Below are positions 48,791 through 61,846 of a DNA stretch of 64,000 bases, piece after piece (position 1 is the first letter of the stretch; each line of letters begins with the position of its first letter). Source of the stretch: an uncultured Gammaproteobacteria bacterium. GTDB taxonomy: Bacteria; Pseudomonadota; Gammaproteobacteria; GCA-001735895. Below the pieces are notes generated by a model, which saw only the letters and a program-made list of their open reading frames with translations, did not search any database and was not told the DNA's origin. The position numbers were made by a program, and so were the translations under genes. Location of the stretch: contig CAVYHN010000027.1 in NCBI GenBank assembly GCA_963768295.1, forward strand, positions 127,009 through 191,008, written 5' to 3'.

Positions 48791-51700
48791 ACGCGGTTTA
48801 CTGCAGCGTCAACCGGTTGAGCTAATCAAGAATTTTCTGTATTACATCGCCCAGCCGGAATGCGATGGGCCCAAGACCCAGGCGATCAAGACCGCTTATC
48901 GACTGGAGCAGTTCCTGCCTTCCGAATCGGCACGTAGCGAAGTGCTGGATAATATCGCTGGACCGAACCAGGCCCTGTTAAAAACGGTCGCCGAAGCGAT
49001 GAAAGCCGACATCGAGTCGGTCAAATCCACCCTCGAGGTATACGTCAACGGGGATTTGTCCAGGGTCAGCGCGTTGAAGGATCTGCCGGGGGAAATGCAT
49101 ATCATTTCCGACACCCTGGCCATGATCGGGCTCGGCTCGCAGCGGCAGCTGATAGAAGCTCAGATTGAAGTCGTCAAGAACATCGTCGGAGGCAATAGCC
49201 CTGCCGAAGAAGAGCAGCTGCTATCGATGGCTGGCGAATTGTTGCAGGTGGAGCAGTCGCTCGACCAGATGCAGAAGCGGCAGCCGCTAAGCGCGAGCCA
49301 ACCGAAATCGGAAAGCGACGTGTCGCGCGACTATGAACTGGACAGCGTGCTCAGCGCGGTCGTCACCGCCACCCTCGACGATATCCAGAAAACCAAGAAC
49401 GCAATCCTCGAGTTCATAAAAGATCCGAGCCGCGGTGAAAATATCGATCTCTGCATCAGCTTGATGAGCGAATCGCGGGGTGCGCTGGAGCTGCTCGGCG
49501 AGCAGCGAGCGGTCGCCGTGGTTGAGGGGTTACTGACCTATTTAAGGGGTTACGACATTGTTGCCTTCATGGACTCCAGTCGGCTGGATGCGCTGTCTCA
49601 GGCCGTTGTCAGCCTGGAGTACTACCTCGAAGCGCTGGGCGAGCGCCGCAGCGACGCCAGCAGCATTCTTGATTTTGCCGACGTTCAGCTGCAGGAGCTG
49701 CTGGCAAGCATGCCCGCCGAGCCGGTAGCGGAGGCCGCCGGGGAACCGGTTGTGGTCGACGATCAATCCACGACACCTGAATCGCCGGCGGTAGCCGGCG
49801 TCGCACCAGCGCCGGAAGATAACGCTGGCGCCAGCGTTGCCGAATCCCCCGCCGCGGTCGTAGCGGAACTCGCGGTGGATGCCGACGCCGTGGAGTTGGA
49901 GTATGAAGCAGATGAAACCATAATAAACGAATACGGCCCTGAAACCGCGCCCGCGGCGGACGGGTCGTTAGCGCAGAACTCGGCCGCCGCGCAACCGGCA
50001 GATACCAATTTCGACGCAGAGCCGGAAGCAATTCATGCGTCTCCCGAAGACGCCCGTGACTCGTCTGAAGTCGAGTCGCGCGAGCCGATCACAACCGACG
50101 CAGTCGAGACGCTTAAGCCGGCGGCGGAAAACCAGCTTAAGATCGTGCCGATCGATGATGAGGCAGTGGTTTTAAAGCCTGGCAGCGATCCCGAGATTCT
50201 CGAAATTTATCTCGAGGAGGCCGAGGAAGAATCGCAGAATATCGCGCGCCTGCAGCAGGACTGGCTGTTACATCCCGAAGATGAAAACGCGGTAAAGAAT
50301 ATCCGCCGGGCTTTTCATACCATCAAGGGTAGCGGGCGACTGGTGGGCGCGATGAAAATCGGTGAGTTTGCCTGGGACTTCGAGCAATTGCTGAATCGGC
50401 TTATTGACCGGACCATTCCTCCCAGCAAGCAGATTATCGATGCGGTCGGTGAAGCGGCCCGGGTATTGCCTGAGCTGGTGACCGAATTGAAGACATCGGT
50501 TGCGCCGCAGGCGGATGTCAACTATCTGCGGGGACTGGCGCGTGCCCTGGCGGAGTTCAAGGCCGAACAGCTGATGATCGATCATACGCAGCGGCGAGCG
50601 CTGGTGGAATCACCCGATGATCGAATTACCGATGGCGATGAAACCGAGTGGAAAGGCATGGGTGTCGGTGCGACCACGCAGATAATTCCCCCTGACAAAC
50701 TAACCGCCGCACTGCTCGAGGAAATCGAGCCTGACACCATGCGCGTCGATCGGGATGCTTTCGAGACCGTCAAGGCGCAGGCCGAGCAGTCGGGCGCCGG
50801 CAAAGAGCCCGATTTCGATGATACGCTGCTGGCGCAGCCGCCGGAAATCCCGCGCGCCGGGGAAATGCGCGAAGCCTCGGAGACGGCGAACTTCACGGTT
50901 GCCGATTTTGAGTTTGACGAGTCGTCAGTGGAGTACACGCAGGCGATCGATTATGCGCACAGACCAGACGAGGAAAACGAGGTCGAGTTTGAGAAAATCG
51001 ATGCCGTGCAACTCGAGTCGGTTGAAGCGGACGCCGATGAAGCGATCAAGATAGAAACCATCGGCGAGGATTTCCTCGGTGATGACTTCGACGATTCGGC
51101 GGACGATGAAATATCGATCGAAGCGGTGCAGACGCCGCCGGCTACCGAGCCTGAAGCTGAGGCTGAGGCTGAGGTCGCCGCAAGCGCCGAGGTCGAGGCC
51201 GATATCCCGATGATCGAAGTTGTCGAGCCGGAAGTCGAAGAGCTGGTAGCGGATACCCCTTTTGCCGAAGCCGAAGCCGAAGCCGAAGTTGAAGCCGAAG
51301 TTGAAGCCGAAGTTGAAGCCGAAGTTGAAGCCGAAGTTGAAGCCGAAGTTGAAGCCGAAGTTGAAGCCGAAGCCGAAGTTGCAGCCGCGACAGAAACGGC
51401 TGACTCGTCACCGGAGCTGGTGGAACTGACCGAGGTTGAAGAAATTGTCATGCAGGCGCCCGAAACCGAGATCGCGGGCATGACGCTCGAGGCCAACGAT
51501 CTCGAAGCTTCCGCAGATGATGCATCGGCGTCGGCAGCGCCCGCGGCCGAGAGTTTGCGGGATGAGGCTACGCCGGCGGATGCCCCCGACCAGGCATCTG
51601 AGCAGGAGACCCCCCCCGACCCTTTAGTGGATATGACAGGGAGCCAGGTGCCTGGAGAAGAGGTAGAGGCAGGCGAGTCCAGGGTCCAAGAGCCGGCCGC

Positions 51701-54503
51701 AGCAACCGGCCTGTCGTTCGATCCGGAGTTGCTGATAATTTATCAACAAGAAGTAGAACAGCACCTAAGCATAGTAAGTTCCGCCCTTGATCATGCCGAG
51801 CAGATCAAGGAGCTAATCCCTGGCGAAGAAATTTACCGCGCCCTGCACACCATTCATGGCGCCTCGCGCACCGCGGATATCGCGACCATCGGCGAACTTT
51901 CCGGCTTGATGGAAAAGCCCCTGAAGACTGCTGTTGCGCAGAAGATGGCGCTCGATCACGAAATCGTAGCGCTGTACCGGCAGGGTCAGCACGCGCTGCA
52001 AAGCATGACCGATGCACTGGTCGCGACCCGGCAGCTACCCGAAATTCCCGAAGATCTGGGCATCAGTTTCAAGGCCCTGGCGGAAGATTTCGAAGAGCAC
52101 ACTGTCGAAATTTCCGAGGAGGAAGCCGAGCCAACCGGCGAGTTTGTCGATACGCTGACGATGATGAACGAAGCGGTCGATGCGGAACAGGATAACGAGC
52201 TGCTAACGATCTTTGTCGACGAAGCCAACGAATTGCTGGAGATGAGCGACAATACGCTGCACGAATGGGCGCAGCAGCGGACCGATGATTCGGGCGCGAT
52301 GGATTACAACGCGGTGATGGAATTGCAACGCTATCTGCATACGCTGAAGGGCGGCGCGCGCATGGCGGAAATCAACGAGATCAGCGATCTCTCGCATGAA
52401 ATGGAATCGATGTTTATCGCGGTAATCGATGGGCGGGTCGACAAGAACGATAACCTGATCGAACTACTCAAGGATTGCTTCGACCTGTTGCATCAGCAGG
52501 TCGTCGAAGCCCAGCAGGGCGAGAGCCTGAGCGATTCCTCGGCCCTGGTGCAACTGCTCAAAATTCTGCGCCGAGGTGAAGCTGAGGATAGTTCGGCCGA
52601 AGGTAGCGAAATGGGCATCGATGTGGACAGCGAAGACATCGATATTGTTAGCGAAAACCTTCCCGGAGAACCGCTGTCAGGCGCGGAACGGCCATCCCAG
52701 GACGTCATCAAGGTACGCTCCGATTTGCTCGATAACCTGGTAAATTCGGCCGGCGAAGTCAGTATCTACCGCGCGCGCATGGAACAGCAGGTCGCCGGTC
52801 TGGGCTCTCATCTGGGTGAGCTCGGGCAAACCATTTCGCGCCTCAAGGTTCAACTGCGTAGCCTCGAGGCCGAAACCGACGCGCAGATCCATTTCAGTCA
52901 TCGCGCCGAAGCCGGTAGATCGGAATTCGATCCCCTGGAGATGGACCGCTACACGATGATACAGGAGCTGTCGCGTTCGCTGAGTGAATCGGTCAACGAC
53001 TTATCCAGTCTGCAGGGTTTGCTGGGTGAGCAGGTCAAGGATTCGGAAACCCTGCTGTTGCAACAATCGCGTGTCAATACCGACCTGCAGGACGGCCTGA
53101 TCAAGAGCCGCATGGTGAAGTTTTCGGGCCTGTTGTCGCGCCTGCGTCGACTGGTGCGGCAGAGTAGCCAGGAACTCGGCAAGAAAGCCGAGCTGGTCAT
53201 TACCGGTGAGGAAAATGAAGTCGATAACAAGGTGCTCGACCGCATGGTCGCGCCGCTTGAGCATATTATCCGTAACGCCCTGTCGCACGGTATTGAAACC
53301 CCGGTTGAGCGGGTCAAGAAAGGCAAGCCGGAAACCGGCAGGATCGCGATAGATATCACCCGTGACGGCTCCGAAGTCGTGATTCGCGTTAGCGACGACG
53401 GTGCAGGCGTCAATATCGAAAAGGTTCGCAGCCGGGCGGTCCAGCTCGGGCTGCTGGAAAAGAGTCACAACCTCAGCGAGTCCGACCTGGTGCAGTATAT
53501 TCTCGAGCCCGGGTTCAGCACCGCGGATCATGTTACCCAGCTGTCCGGGCGAGGCGTGGGTATGGACGTGGTCGATATTGAAGTCAAGCAGCTGAGCGGC
53601 ACCCTGCAGATCGAGACCACTCCAAGGGGCACCACTTTTGTCGCGCGCCTGCCGTTCACCTTATCGATCAACCAGGCTATCCTGGTGCGTACCGGCGATG
53701 AAACCTACGCCATTCCCCTGATTAATATCGAAGGTATCACGCGGCTGGATACCGAGAGCTTGCTCGAGTATTACCGCCAGGAGGCGCCCGAACTCGAATA
53801 CGCCGGTCAGCGCTTCGCCCTGCATAACCTGGCGAAACTGGTAGACACGGGAGTCCAGTTCCGGGCCGGTGGCGAAGTCGACAAGCAACCGGTTATCCTC
53901 AGTCGCGCGGGCGATGTTCGGATCGCCCTGCATGTCGATGAAATCATCGGTAACCGCGAGATCGTCGTAAAAACACTCGGCAAGCAGCTGAGCCAGATCA
54001 AGGGTCTCGCCGGTGCGAGCATCCTCGCCGACGGCAGCGTGGTACTGATTCTGGATATCAATGGCCTGATTCGACAAAGCGCCGCCAACGCGGTCAAGGT
54101 GGTTTACCAGTCGGACACGGACGGTCTCGCGCAAGCCCGCAATACCGTCATGGTGGTCGACGACTCGATCACGATGCGTCGCGTCGCCAGTAAACTGCTG
54201 GAACGACATAACTATGAAGTGGTAACCGCCAAGGATGGAGTCGATGCGCTGGCACAGTTACAGGACGTCCGGCCCGACGTGATGCTGCTGGATATCGAAA
54301 TGCCGCGCATGGATGGATTCGAGCTGGCAACACATATGCAAAACGAGGAAACCTATTCCGCAATTCCAATCATCATGATCACCTCGCGTACCGGAGAAAA
54401 ACACCGCGATCGCGCCCTGGAGATCGGCGTCGCCAATTACATGGGCAAGCCGTACCAGGAAGACGAGCTGATCGAGAATATCCAGAGCGCGCTGGGCAGG
54501 TAG
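48576..54503 (+). CDS. chpA: ChpA/PilL hybrid histidine kinase: multiple Hpt domains, an acidic low-complexity linker, CheA-like HATPase and CheW domains, and a C-terminal receiver
   Basis: 1975 aa; Hpt motifs (RAFHTIKGSGRLVG, HTIHGASRTA, LHTLKGGARMA); C-terminal VMVVDDSITMRRV...LLDIEMPRMDG receiver. Confidence 0.85.
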   Translation: MEQSVEESLKRLEKVCETLEERSFSEQIARIWWIVGALIESVSRQQLELGVSIKSLLGKVDALFRVILIIGERGLLQRQPVELIKNFLYYIAQPECDGPKTQAIKTAYRLEQFLPSESARSEVLDNIAGPNQALLKTVAEAMKADIESVKSTLEVYVNGDLSRVSALKDLPGEMHIISDTLAMIGLGSQRQLIEAQIEVVKNIVGGNSPAEEEQLLSMAGELLQVEQSLDQMQKRQPLSASQPKSESDVSRDYELDSVLSAVVTATLDDIQKTKNAILEFIKDPSRGENIDLCISLMSESRGALELLGEQRAVAVVEGLLTYLRGYDIVAFMDSSRLDALSQAVVSLEYYLEALGERRSDASSILDFADVQLQELLASMPAEPVAEAAGEPVVVDDQSTTPESPAVAGVAPAPEDNAGASVAESPAAVVAELAVDADAVELEYEADETIINEYGPETAPAADGSLAQNSAAAQPADTNFDAEPEAIHASPEDARDSSEVESREPITTDAVETLKPAAENQLKIVPIDDEAVVLKPGSDPEILEIYLEEAEEESQNIARLQQDWLLHPEDENAVKNIRRAFHTIKGSGRLVGAMKIGEFAWDFEQLLNRLIDRTIPPSKQIIDAVGEAARVLPELVTELKTSVAPQADVNYLRGLARALAEFKAEQLMIDHTQRRALVESPDDRITDGDETEWKGMGVGATTQIIPPDKLTAALLEEIEPDTMRVDRDAFETVKAQAEQSGAGKEPDFDDTLLAQPPEIPRAGEMREASETANFTVADFEFDESSVEYTQAIDYAHRPDEENEVEFEKIDAVQLESVEADADEAIKIETIGEDFLGDDFDDSADDEISIEAVQTPPATEPEAEAEAEVAASAEVEADIPMIEVVEPEVEELVADTPFAEAEAEAEVEAEVEAEVEAEVEAEVEAEVEAEVEAEAEVAAATETADSSPELVELTEVEEIVMQAPETEIAGMTLEANDLEASADDASASAAPAAESLRDEATPADAPDQASEQETPPDPLVDMTGSQVPGEEVEAGESRVQEPAAATGLSFDPELLIIYQQEVEQHLSIVSSALDHAEQIKELIPGEEIYRALHTIHGASRTADIATIGELSGLMEKPLKTAVAQKMALDHEIVALYRQGQHALQSMTDALVATRQLPEIPEDLGISFKALAEDFEEHTVEISEEEAEPTGEFVDTLTMMNEAVDAEQDNELLTIFVDEANELLEMSDNTLHEWAQQRTDDSGAMDYNAVMELQRYLHTLKGGARMAEINEISDLSHEMESMFIAVIDGRVDKNDNLIELLKDCFDLLHQQVVEAQQGESLSDSSALVQLLKILRRGEAEDSSAEGSEMGIDVDSEDIDIVSENLPGEPLSGAERPSQDVIKVRSDLLDNLVNSAGEVSIYRARMEQQVAGLGSHLGELGQTISRLKVQLRSLEAETDAQIHFSHRAEAGRSEFDPLEMDRYTMIQELSRSLSESVNDLSSLQGLLGEQVKDSETLLLQQSRVNTDLQDGLIKSRMVKFSGLLSRLRRLVRQSSQELGKKAELVITGEENEVDNKVLDRMVAPLEHIIRNALSHGIETPVERVKKGKPETGRIAIDITRDGSEVVIRVSDDGAGVNIEKVRSRAVQLGLLEKSHNLSESDLVQYILEPGFSTADHVTQLSGRGVGMDVVDIEVKQLSGTLQIETTPRGTTFVARLPFTLSINQAILVRTGDETYAIPLINIEGITRLDTESLLEYYRQEAPELEYAGQRFALHNLAKLVDTGVQFRAGGEVDKQPVILSRAGDVRIALHVDEIIGNREIVVKTLGKQLSQIKGLAGASILADGSVVLILDINGLIRQSAANAVKVVYQSDTDGLAQARNTVMVVDDSITMRRVASKLLERHNYEVVTAKDGVDALAQLQDVRPDVMLLDIEMPRMDGFELATHMQNEETYSAIPIIMITSRTGEKHRDRALEIGVANYMGKPYQEDELIENIQSALGR
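51264..51381 (+). repeat. In-frame 12-bp tandem repeat (gccgaagttgaa x about 7, flanked by gccgaa hexamers) inside chpA, encoding (EAEV)n
   Basis: Visible directly in the sequence. It produces artefactual antisense ORFs rich in STSA and RLQL. Confidence 0.9.
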
Positions 54504-54512
54504 CGCTAAGCC

Positions 54513-54992
54513 ATGAATGATAAAGCCACCTCGGTTCGCTGCATGCTGCTGCAATTGACTTCGCTGAACCTGTTGATCCCAAACTCGGCGGTGGCTGAAA
54601 TTATTGGTTACTCGACGCCGCGCCGCCTGCCTGATACCAGCGACTGGTTTTCCGGCGTCGTATTGTGGCGCGGGGTTTATGTGCCCGTGGTTGTGGTCGA
54701 GCAAATGTGCAATATAAGTGCCGCCCAGGTGGGCCCGCGCGCGCGCATTGCCATCGTATACAATCCGGAAAAGGATCCGGATTTACCCTATATCGGAGTT
54801 CACATGCAGGATATTCCGCGCGCTTACCTCGCCGAGGCTGAAAGCATGGAGTCGGGCAGTGACGAGAATCTCAGCCCCTACCTGATAACGCGAGTCGATG
54901 ACGAGCAGCTGGCGCGAGTCATTCCCGATATGGACAGGATCATTACCGACCTCAAGCTCGAGTTTAACCAGAGCCGTATCGAAGAGCTCTGA
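54513..54992 (+). CDS. chpC: CheW-like protein (ChpC-like)
   Basis: 159 aa with a CheW-fold pattern, immediately downstream of chpA. Confidence 0.6.
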   Translation: MNDKATSVRCMLLQLTSLNLLIPNSAVAEIIGYSTPRRLPDTSDWFSGVVLWRGVYVPVVVVEQMCNISAAQVGPRARIAIVYNPEKDPDLPYIGVHMQDIPRAYLAEAESMESGSDENLSPYLITRVDDEQLARVIPDMDRIITDLKLEFNQSRIEEL

Positions 54993-55033
54993 CCCCCTCG
55001 AAGGGACCTGGGAGCTTTCCACAAGCCGACTAT

Positions 55034-55765
55034 CTAATCCAGATCTCCCAGAGCAGACTGAACAATGGCCAACGCCGCGGTCGCGGCGGTTTCGAAACGC
55101 AGTACGCGGCTACCGAGGCTGATCGGTTGAAATCCCGAGTCGCGGGCGAAGTCGATCTCCTGCGGATGCAATCCCCCTTCGGGGCCTAGCAGTATCGATA
55201 CGGAGGATTGAGAGGCTCGCAATACCGATGCCAGCGGTTTGCCGTCGAAATCGAGCAGCAGTTTGAGTGAGTCGGGAGCAGCGTCAAGTGCCTGTTCGAG
55301 CCTTGTGTTGAACATAATTTCAGGAATGATAGCGCGGCCGCACTGCTCGCAGGCGCTAACCGCCACGCCTCGCCAGTGCGCCAGTTTTCTGTCGAGCTGC
55401 GCCGGTTTCAAAGGGGACTGGGTGCGTTCGGCGTTGAACAGCGAAATTCTGCTGGCGCCGAGTTCGGTCGTTTTCTGGATCATCCAGTCGGTATGGTCGC
55501 TACGCCCGAGGCCCTGGATAATAACGCTTGCGAGCGCCGATTCGGTGCTTAGCGTCTGTGCCGCGCCGATTTCGGCCATGAGCCGTTTGCCATCGACCAG
55601 CAGACGGGCTTCGAAATCGACGCAAGCCCGGCCATTAAATAAAAAAAAGGCTGCGCCTGGTTTCAGGCGCAGCACATTTTTCAGGTAATGGCCCTGAGCC
55701 TTGTCGAGGGCTATGACCTGCCCACCGACAAGCTCGGCGTCGATGTATACGCGGGAGATCCGCAT
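55034..55765 (-). CDS. rsmE: 16S rRNA (uracil1498-N3)-methyltransferase RsmE
   Basis: MRISRVY... and a C-terminal SPOUT fold LGPEGG. Confidence 0.85.
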   Translation of the reverse strand: MRISRVYIDAELVGGQVIALDKAQGHYLKNVLRLKPGAAFFLFNGRACVDFEARLLVDGKRLMAEIGAAQTLSTESALASVIIQGLGRSDHTDWMIQKTTELGASRISLFNAERTQSPLKPAQLDRKLAHWRGVAVSACEQCGRAIIPEIMFNTRLEQALDAAPDSLKLLLDFDGKPLASVLRASQSSVSILLGPEGGLHPQEIDFARDSGFQPISLGSRVLRFETAATAALAIVQSALGDLD

Positions 55766-55777
55766 AGGCAAACTTGA

Positions 55778-57196
55778 CTAGTAGCGATAGGTATCGGGTT
55801 TGTAGGGGCCCTCGACCTTGACACCAATATAGTCGGCCTGTTCCTGGCTGAGCGTGGTCAGTTTGACGCCGATCTTCTCCAGGTGCAGACGCGCGACCTC
55901 TTCGTCGAGGTGCTTGGGCAGAACGTAAACCTCGTTTTGATACTTGCCCGGGTTGCAGAAAATTTCCATCTGCGCCAGCACCTGGTTGGTGAACGAGTTA
56001 GACATCACGAAACTCGGGTGACCGGTGGCGCAGCCCAGGTTGACCAGACGTCCTTCGGCCAGCAGGATAATGCGCCTGCCGTCGGGGAAGATGATGTGAT
56101 CGACCTGCGGCTTGATGTTTTCCCAGTCGTAGCCCTTCATTTCGGCGACCTGGATTTCGTTGTCGAAGTGACCGATGTTGCAGACAATCGACTGATCTTT
56201 CATCTGCTCCATGTGTTCCTTGCGGATGACATTGAAGTTGCCGGTTGCGGTGACGAAGATGTCGGCTTCCTTGCAGGCATCGTCCATGGTGACGACGCGG
56301 AAACCTTCCATCGCCGCCTGCAGCGCGCAGATCGGATCGATCTCGGTGACGAGTACGCTGGCGCCGAGGCCCTTGAGCGACTGCGCGCAACCCTTGCCGA
56401 CGTCGCCATAACCCAGCACCAGGGCGACCTTACCGGCGATCATGACGTCGGTAGCGCGCTTGATACCGTCAACCAGGGATTCACGACAGCCGTAGAGATT
56501 GTCAAATTTCGACTTGGTGACCGAATCGTTGACGTTGAAAGCGGGGAAGGGCAGTTCGCCTTTCGCCTGCATCTGGTAGAGGCGGTGCACGCCAGTGGTG
56601 GTTTCCTCGGTAACGCCCTGGATGTTTTGCTGGATGCTGGAATACCAGTTGGGCGATTCGGCCAATTTGGCGCGAATTGCCGCGAAGGCGATTTCTTCTT
56701 CCTCGGTTCCCGGGTTATCGAGCACCGATATATCTTTCTCGGCCTTGCTGCCGAGGTTGATCAGCATGGTCGCATCGCCACCATCATCGAGAATCATGTT
56801 AGGTGTGCCGCCATCATGCCATTGCATGATCTTGTGGGTGTACTGCCAGTAGTCTTCCAGTGATTCGCCTTTGATCGCGAATACCGGTACGCCGGATTCG
56901 GCAATTGCCGCGGCGGCGTGATCCTGGGTAGAAAAGATGTTGCAGGATGCCCAGCGCACTTCGGCGCCGAGCGCGACCAGGGTCTCGATTAAAACCGCGG
57001 TCTGGATGGTCATGTGCAGCGAACCGGCGATGCGCGCGCCTTTCAGCGGCTGTTCGGCGCCATACTTGCCGCGCAGGGATACCAGGCCTGGCATTTCGGT
57101 TTCTGCGATCGCGATTTCTTTGCGGCCCCAGGAAGCGAGTGAAAGGTCGGCGACCTTGTAATCTTCTTTGATAACGTCTTGCGCGTTAGCACTCAT
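55778..57196 (-). CDS. ahcY: Adenosylhomocysteinase
   Basis: 472 aa; NAD-binding region and the conserved SAHH N-terminus. Confidence 0.95.
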   Translation of the reverse strand: MSANAQDVIKEDYKVADLSLASWGRKEIAIAETEMPGLVSLRGKYGAEQPLKGARIAGSLHMTIQTAVLIETLVALGAEVRWASCNIFSTQDHAAAAIAESGVPVFAIKGESLEDYWQYTHKIMQWHDGGTPNMILDDGGDATMLINLGSKAEKDISVLDNPGTEEEEIAFAAIRAKLAESPNWYSSIQQNIQGVTEETTTGVHRLYQMQAKGELPFPAFNVNDSVTKSKFDNLYGCRESLVDGIKRATDVMIAGKVALVLGYGDVGKGCAQSLKGLGASVLVTEIDPICALQAAMEGFRVVTMDDACKEADIFVTATGNFNVIRKEHMEQMKDQSIVCNIGHFDNEIQVAEMKGYDWENIKPQVDHIIFPDGRRIILLAEGRLVNLGCATGHPSFVMSNSFTNQVLAQMEIFCNPGKYQNEVYVLPKHLDEEVARLHLEKIGVKLTTLSQEQADYIGVKVEGPYKPDTYRY

Positions 57197-57364
57197 AAAT
57201 AATCTCCAAACTATTTATGAGCGCCGTTGTATTGATCCTGTGGGCGAGCCTGGCAGCCGGGCTGTCGCAACGCTCCTCGCACACAAGTCCCCTAATTCAG
57301 GGGACCGGTTAGTGTATCTATATACGCGCGGCTGTCAATTTGGATCAGTCTCGCTGGCGGCGGT

Positions 57365-58531
57365 TTAAAGACCCGCGTCGGCCTTTAACGCCTCGGCCTT
57401 GTCGATGCGTTCCCAGCTCAGATCGAGGTCTTCGCGCCCAAAGTGGCCGTAAGCCGCGGTCGGCTTGTAAATCGGCCGGATTAAATCGAGCATCGCTATC
57501 AATCCCTTGGGTCGCAGATCGAAATGGTCACGAATCAGCCGGATGATGCTATCGTCGGCGATAACCCCGGTACCGAAGGTGTCGACGCTGATGGATGTCG
57601 GTTCGGCAACGCCGATGGCGTAGGAGACCTGAACTTCGCAGCGTTCAGCGATGCCCGCGGCAACGATGTTCTTGGCCACGTAACGCGCCGCGTAAGCCGC
57701 CGAGCGGTCGACCTTGGAGGGGTCCTTGCCGGAAAAGGCGCCGCCACCGTGGCGCGCCATGCCGCCATAGGTATCGACGATGATCTTGCGCCCGGTCAGA
57801 CCGGCATCACCCACGGGGCCGCCAACGACAAAGCGGCCGGTTGGATTGATGTGGATATTCTCGTTTTTACACTGAGCGAGCCATTCGGCGGGTAACACCG
57901 GCTTTAATATGGTATCGATCACGCCTTCGCGTAAGGTCGCCAGGTCTACCGACTCCTTGTGCTGGGTCGACAGGACCACGGCCTCGAGACCGACCGGCTT
58001 GTGATGTTCATAGCGCAAGGTGACCTGGCTCTTGGCATCGGGCTGCAGCCAGTCGAGTTCGCCCGATTTGAAAACTTCGTGCTGGCGGCGTACCAGGCGA
58101 TGGGCGTAGGTAATCGGCGCCGGCATCAGCACGTCGGTTTCACTACAGGCGTAGCCAAACATCAGGCCCTGGTCGCCGGCGCCCTGTTCCTTTGCGTCAC
58201 CCTCGTCAACGCCCATGGCGATGTCGCCCGATTGTTTGCCGAGGCCGGTCAACACCGCGCAGGTCTTGCCATCGAAGCCGCATTCCGGATTGTCGTAACC
58301 GATTTCGCAGACGGTATCGCGCACCAGCGCTTCCATGTCGACCTCGGCATTGGTCGTGATTTCGCCGGCCAGCAGCACCATGCCGGTTTTGACCAGGGTT
58401 TCACAGGCAACCCTGGAACGTGGATCCTTTTCCAGCAGAGCATCGAGAACCGCATCGGAAATCTGGTCCGCCATCTTGTCCGGATGGCCGCCCGAGACCG
58501 ATTCGGAAGTAAATATGTATGAGCCCGACAT
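57365..58531 (-). CDS. metK: S-adenosylmethionine synthetase
   Basis: [26 protein letters not shown]. The ORF extends 11 codons upstream of the likely start. Confidence 0.95.
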   Translation of the reverse strand: MSGSYIFTSESVSGGHPDKMADQISDAVLDALLEKDPRSRVACETLVKTGMVLLAGEITTNAEVDMEALVRDTVCEIGYDNPECGFDGKTCAVLTGLGKQSGDIAMGVDEGDAKEQGAGDQGLMFGYACSETDVLMPAPITYAHRLVRRQHEVFKSGELDWLQPDAKSQVTLRYEHHKPVGLEAVVLSTQHKESVDLATLREGVIDTILKPVLPAEWLAQCKNENIHINPTGRFVVGGPVGDAGLTGRKIIVDTYGGMARHGGGAFSGKDPSKVDRSAAYAARYVAKNIVAAGIAERCEVQVSYAIGVAEPTSISVDTFGTGVIADDSIIRLIRDHFDLRPKGLIAMLDLIRPIYKPTAAYGHFGREDLDLSWERIDKAEALKADAGL

Positions 58532-58809
58532 GGCTTTCTCCGCTCGATTGTAAAAAAAACGCATTATATGTAAGACAAATCAAAATAACAGCATTGAATG
58601 CCAGCTGTATATAAAAGCTGGATACTCATAGAAGATTTTATGAGTTGCCGTCAATTTGCATTTACGAGAGAATAGCGCGCCTTGCCGAGCGCGCGCGTGT
58701 AGCGAGGAAAGTGAATTACCGGCCAGGTCGGTATTTGAACATGTGTATCTATAAATACTCGATATTAATCAAAAACTTATGTTAAAAACTTCGGTTTCGG
58801 GAGCGATCA

Positions 58810-60810
58810 ATGTCATCTCGTAAAACGCTAGCCAATGCGATTCGGGCGCTCGCCATGGATGCCGTGCAAAAGGCCAATTCCGGCCATCCAGGGGCCCCAA
58901 TGGGTATGGCCGATATCGCTGAAGTCCTTTATAACGACTTCATGCGCCATAACCCGGCAAACCCGGAATGGTGCGATCGCGATCGCTTCGTCATGTCGAA
59001 CGGGCATGGATCGATGTTGCCTTATTCGGTACTGCACCTGAGCGGTTACGAGGTCACTATCGAAGATCTGAAGAATTTTCGCCAGCTGCATTCGAAGACG
59101 CCGGGGCATCCCGAACACGGCTATGCGCCGGGTATCGAAACCACCACCGGGCCGCTGGGGCAGGGGATCGCCAACGCCGTCGGCATGGCGATCGCCGAGC
59201 GCGCGCTGGCCGCCGAATTCAATCGCGATAAATTCAATATCGTCGATCACTTTACCTATGTTTTCCTGGGCGATGGCTGCCTGATGGAGGGCATTTCACA
59301 TGAAGCCGGCTCGCTCGCGGGAACCCTTGGGCTCGGCAAGCTAATCGCATTCTGGGACGATAACGGTATCTCGATCGACGGCAAGGTGGAAGGCTGGTTT
59401 CTCGACGATACCCCGAAGCGCTTCGAGGCCTACGGCTGGCACGTGGTCGAGGTCGATGGCCATAACCCAGATGAAATCAAGATTGCGATCGAGGCGGCAC
59501 GCGCGATTACCGCCAAACCTTCGCTGATCTGTTGCAAGACCATTATTGGTTTTGGCGCGCCCAACAAGGCCGGCGGGCACGCCTGTCATGGCGCTCCGCT
59601 GGGCGAGGACGAGGTCGCGCTTGCGCGCATCGAACTGAACTGGGAGCACGCGGCTTTCGTGGTGCCGGACGAGGTTTACCAGGGTTGGGACCATCGTGAA
59701 AAGGGACGGCTCCAGGAAGAGGCCTGGGAGCAGAAGTTTACCGACTACCAGGCCGAGCACCCGGAACTGGCCGCCGAATTCGAGCGCCGCAGCCAGCGCG
59801 AGTTGCCGGAAAACTGGGAAGAGGCGGCGCAGGCTTTTATCGCCGAGGTCGACGAGGCCGCCGAAACCAGGGCCACGCGCCAGGCTTCACTGGCGGCCAT
59901 CGAGGCCTATTCGCCGCTATTGCCGGAGCTGTTCGGTGGTTCCGCGGACCTGGGTTGTTCCAACCTTACCGAGTGGTCCGGTTTCAAACCGATGCGCGCC
60001 GAATCACCGGACGCCAACTACATCAATTACGGGGTGCGCGAATTCGGCATGTCGGCGATGCTCAACGGTATCGTGCTGCATGGCGGCTTCATCCCCTTCG
60101 GCGCCACCTTCCTGGTGTTTTCCGAATACGCGCGTAACGCGCTGCGCATGGCCGCGCTGATGAAAATTCAAAGCATCTTCGTCTATACCCATGACTCGAT
60201 CGGGCTGGGCGAAGACGGGCCAACCCACCAGGCGGTGGAACAGATTCCGACGCTGCGCATGATTCCGAATATGCATCTGTGGCGCCCCTGCGATACGGTC
60301 GAAACCGCGGTTAGCTGGAAGGCTGCTATCGAACGCCGCGACGGGCCGACCTGCCTGGTGTTTTCGCGCCAGGGTCTGAAGCACCAGGCGCGCAGCCCGG
60401 AACAGATTGCAGCCATCGCGCGCGGCGGCTATATCCTGCGTGACTGCGAGGGCACGCCCGATGTCATTATCATCGCCACCGGTTCGGAAGTGGAGCTGGC
60501 GCTGGCCGCCTGCGAGTCGGAAGCGCTCGAAAATCAGAACATCCGCCTGGTATCCATGCCCAGCACCTCGGTGTTCGACCGGCAACCGCAGGAGTACCGC
60601 GACGAGGTGTTGCCGCCTGGCGTGAGCGCCCGCATCGCGGTCGAAGCCGCGGTCACTGGGGGCTGGTACAAGTATGTCGGATCCGACGGTATCGTCATCG
60701 GCATCGATACCTTTGGCGAGTCGGCGCCGGCCAAGGAATTATTCGCCTATTTCGGTTTCACTGTCGGCAAGGTGGTGGAAGCGGTCAACGGTCTTTTAGG
60801 AATAGATTAA
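58810..60810 (+). CDS. tkt: Transketolase
   Basis: 666 aa; ThDP motif [14 protein letters not shown]. Confidence 0.95.
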   Translation: MSSRKTLANAIRALAMDAVQKANSGHPGAPMGMADIAEVLYNDFMRHNPANPEWCDRDRFVMSNGHGSMLPYSVLHLSGYEVTIEDLKNFRQLHSKTPGHPEHGYAPGIETTTGPLGQGIANAVGMAIAERALAAEFNRDKFNIVDHFTYVFLGDGCLMEGISHEAGSLAGTLGLGKLIAFWDDNGISIDGKVEGWFLDDTPKRFEAYGWHVVEVDGHNPDEIKIAIEAARAITAKPSLICCKTIIGFGAPNKAGGHACHGAPLGEDEVALARIELNWEHAAFVVPDEVYQGWDHREKGRLQEEAWEQKFTDYQAEHPELAAEFERRSQRELPENWEEAAQAFIAEVDEAAETRATRQASLAAIEAYSPLLPELFGGSADLGCSNLTEWSGFKPMRAESPDANYINYGVREFGMSAMLNGIVLHGGFIPFGATFLVFSEYARNALRMAALMKIQSIFVYTHDSIGLGEDGPTHQAVEQIPTLRMIPNMHLWRPCDTVETAVSWKAAIERRDGPTCLVFSRQGLKHQARSPEQIAAIARGGYILRDCEGTPDVIIIATGSEVELALAACESEALENQNIRLVSMPSTSVFDRQPQEYRDEVLPPGVSARIAVEAAVTGGWYKYVGSDGIVIGIDTFGESAPAKELFAYFGFTVGKVVEAVNGLLGID

Positions 60811-60817
60811 TTTTTAA

Positions 60818-61831
<1,014 letters not shown>

Positions 61832-61846
61832 GCTGAGACTAGCGTT

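Noticed and set aside
50951-51496. Minus-strand ORFs encoding SASTSASTS... and RLQLRLQL... (also 51142-51411)
   Set aside because: They are artefacts of the 12-bp tandem repeat inside chpA read on the opposite strand.
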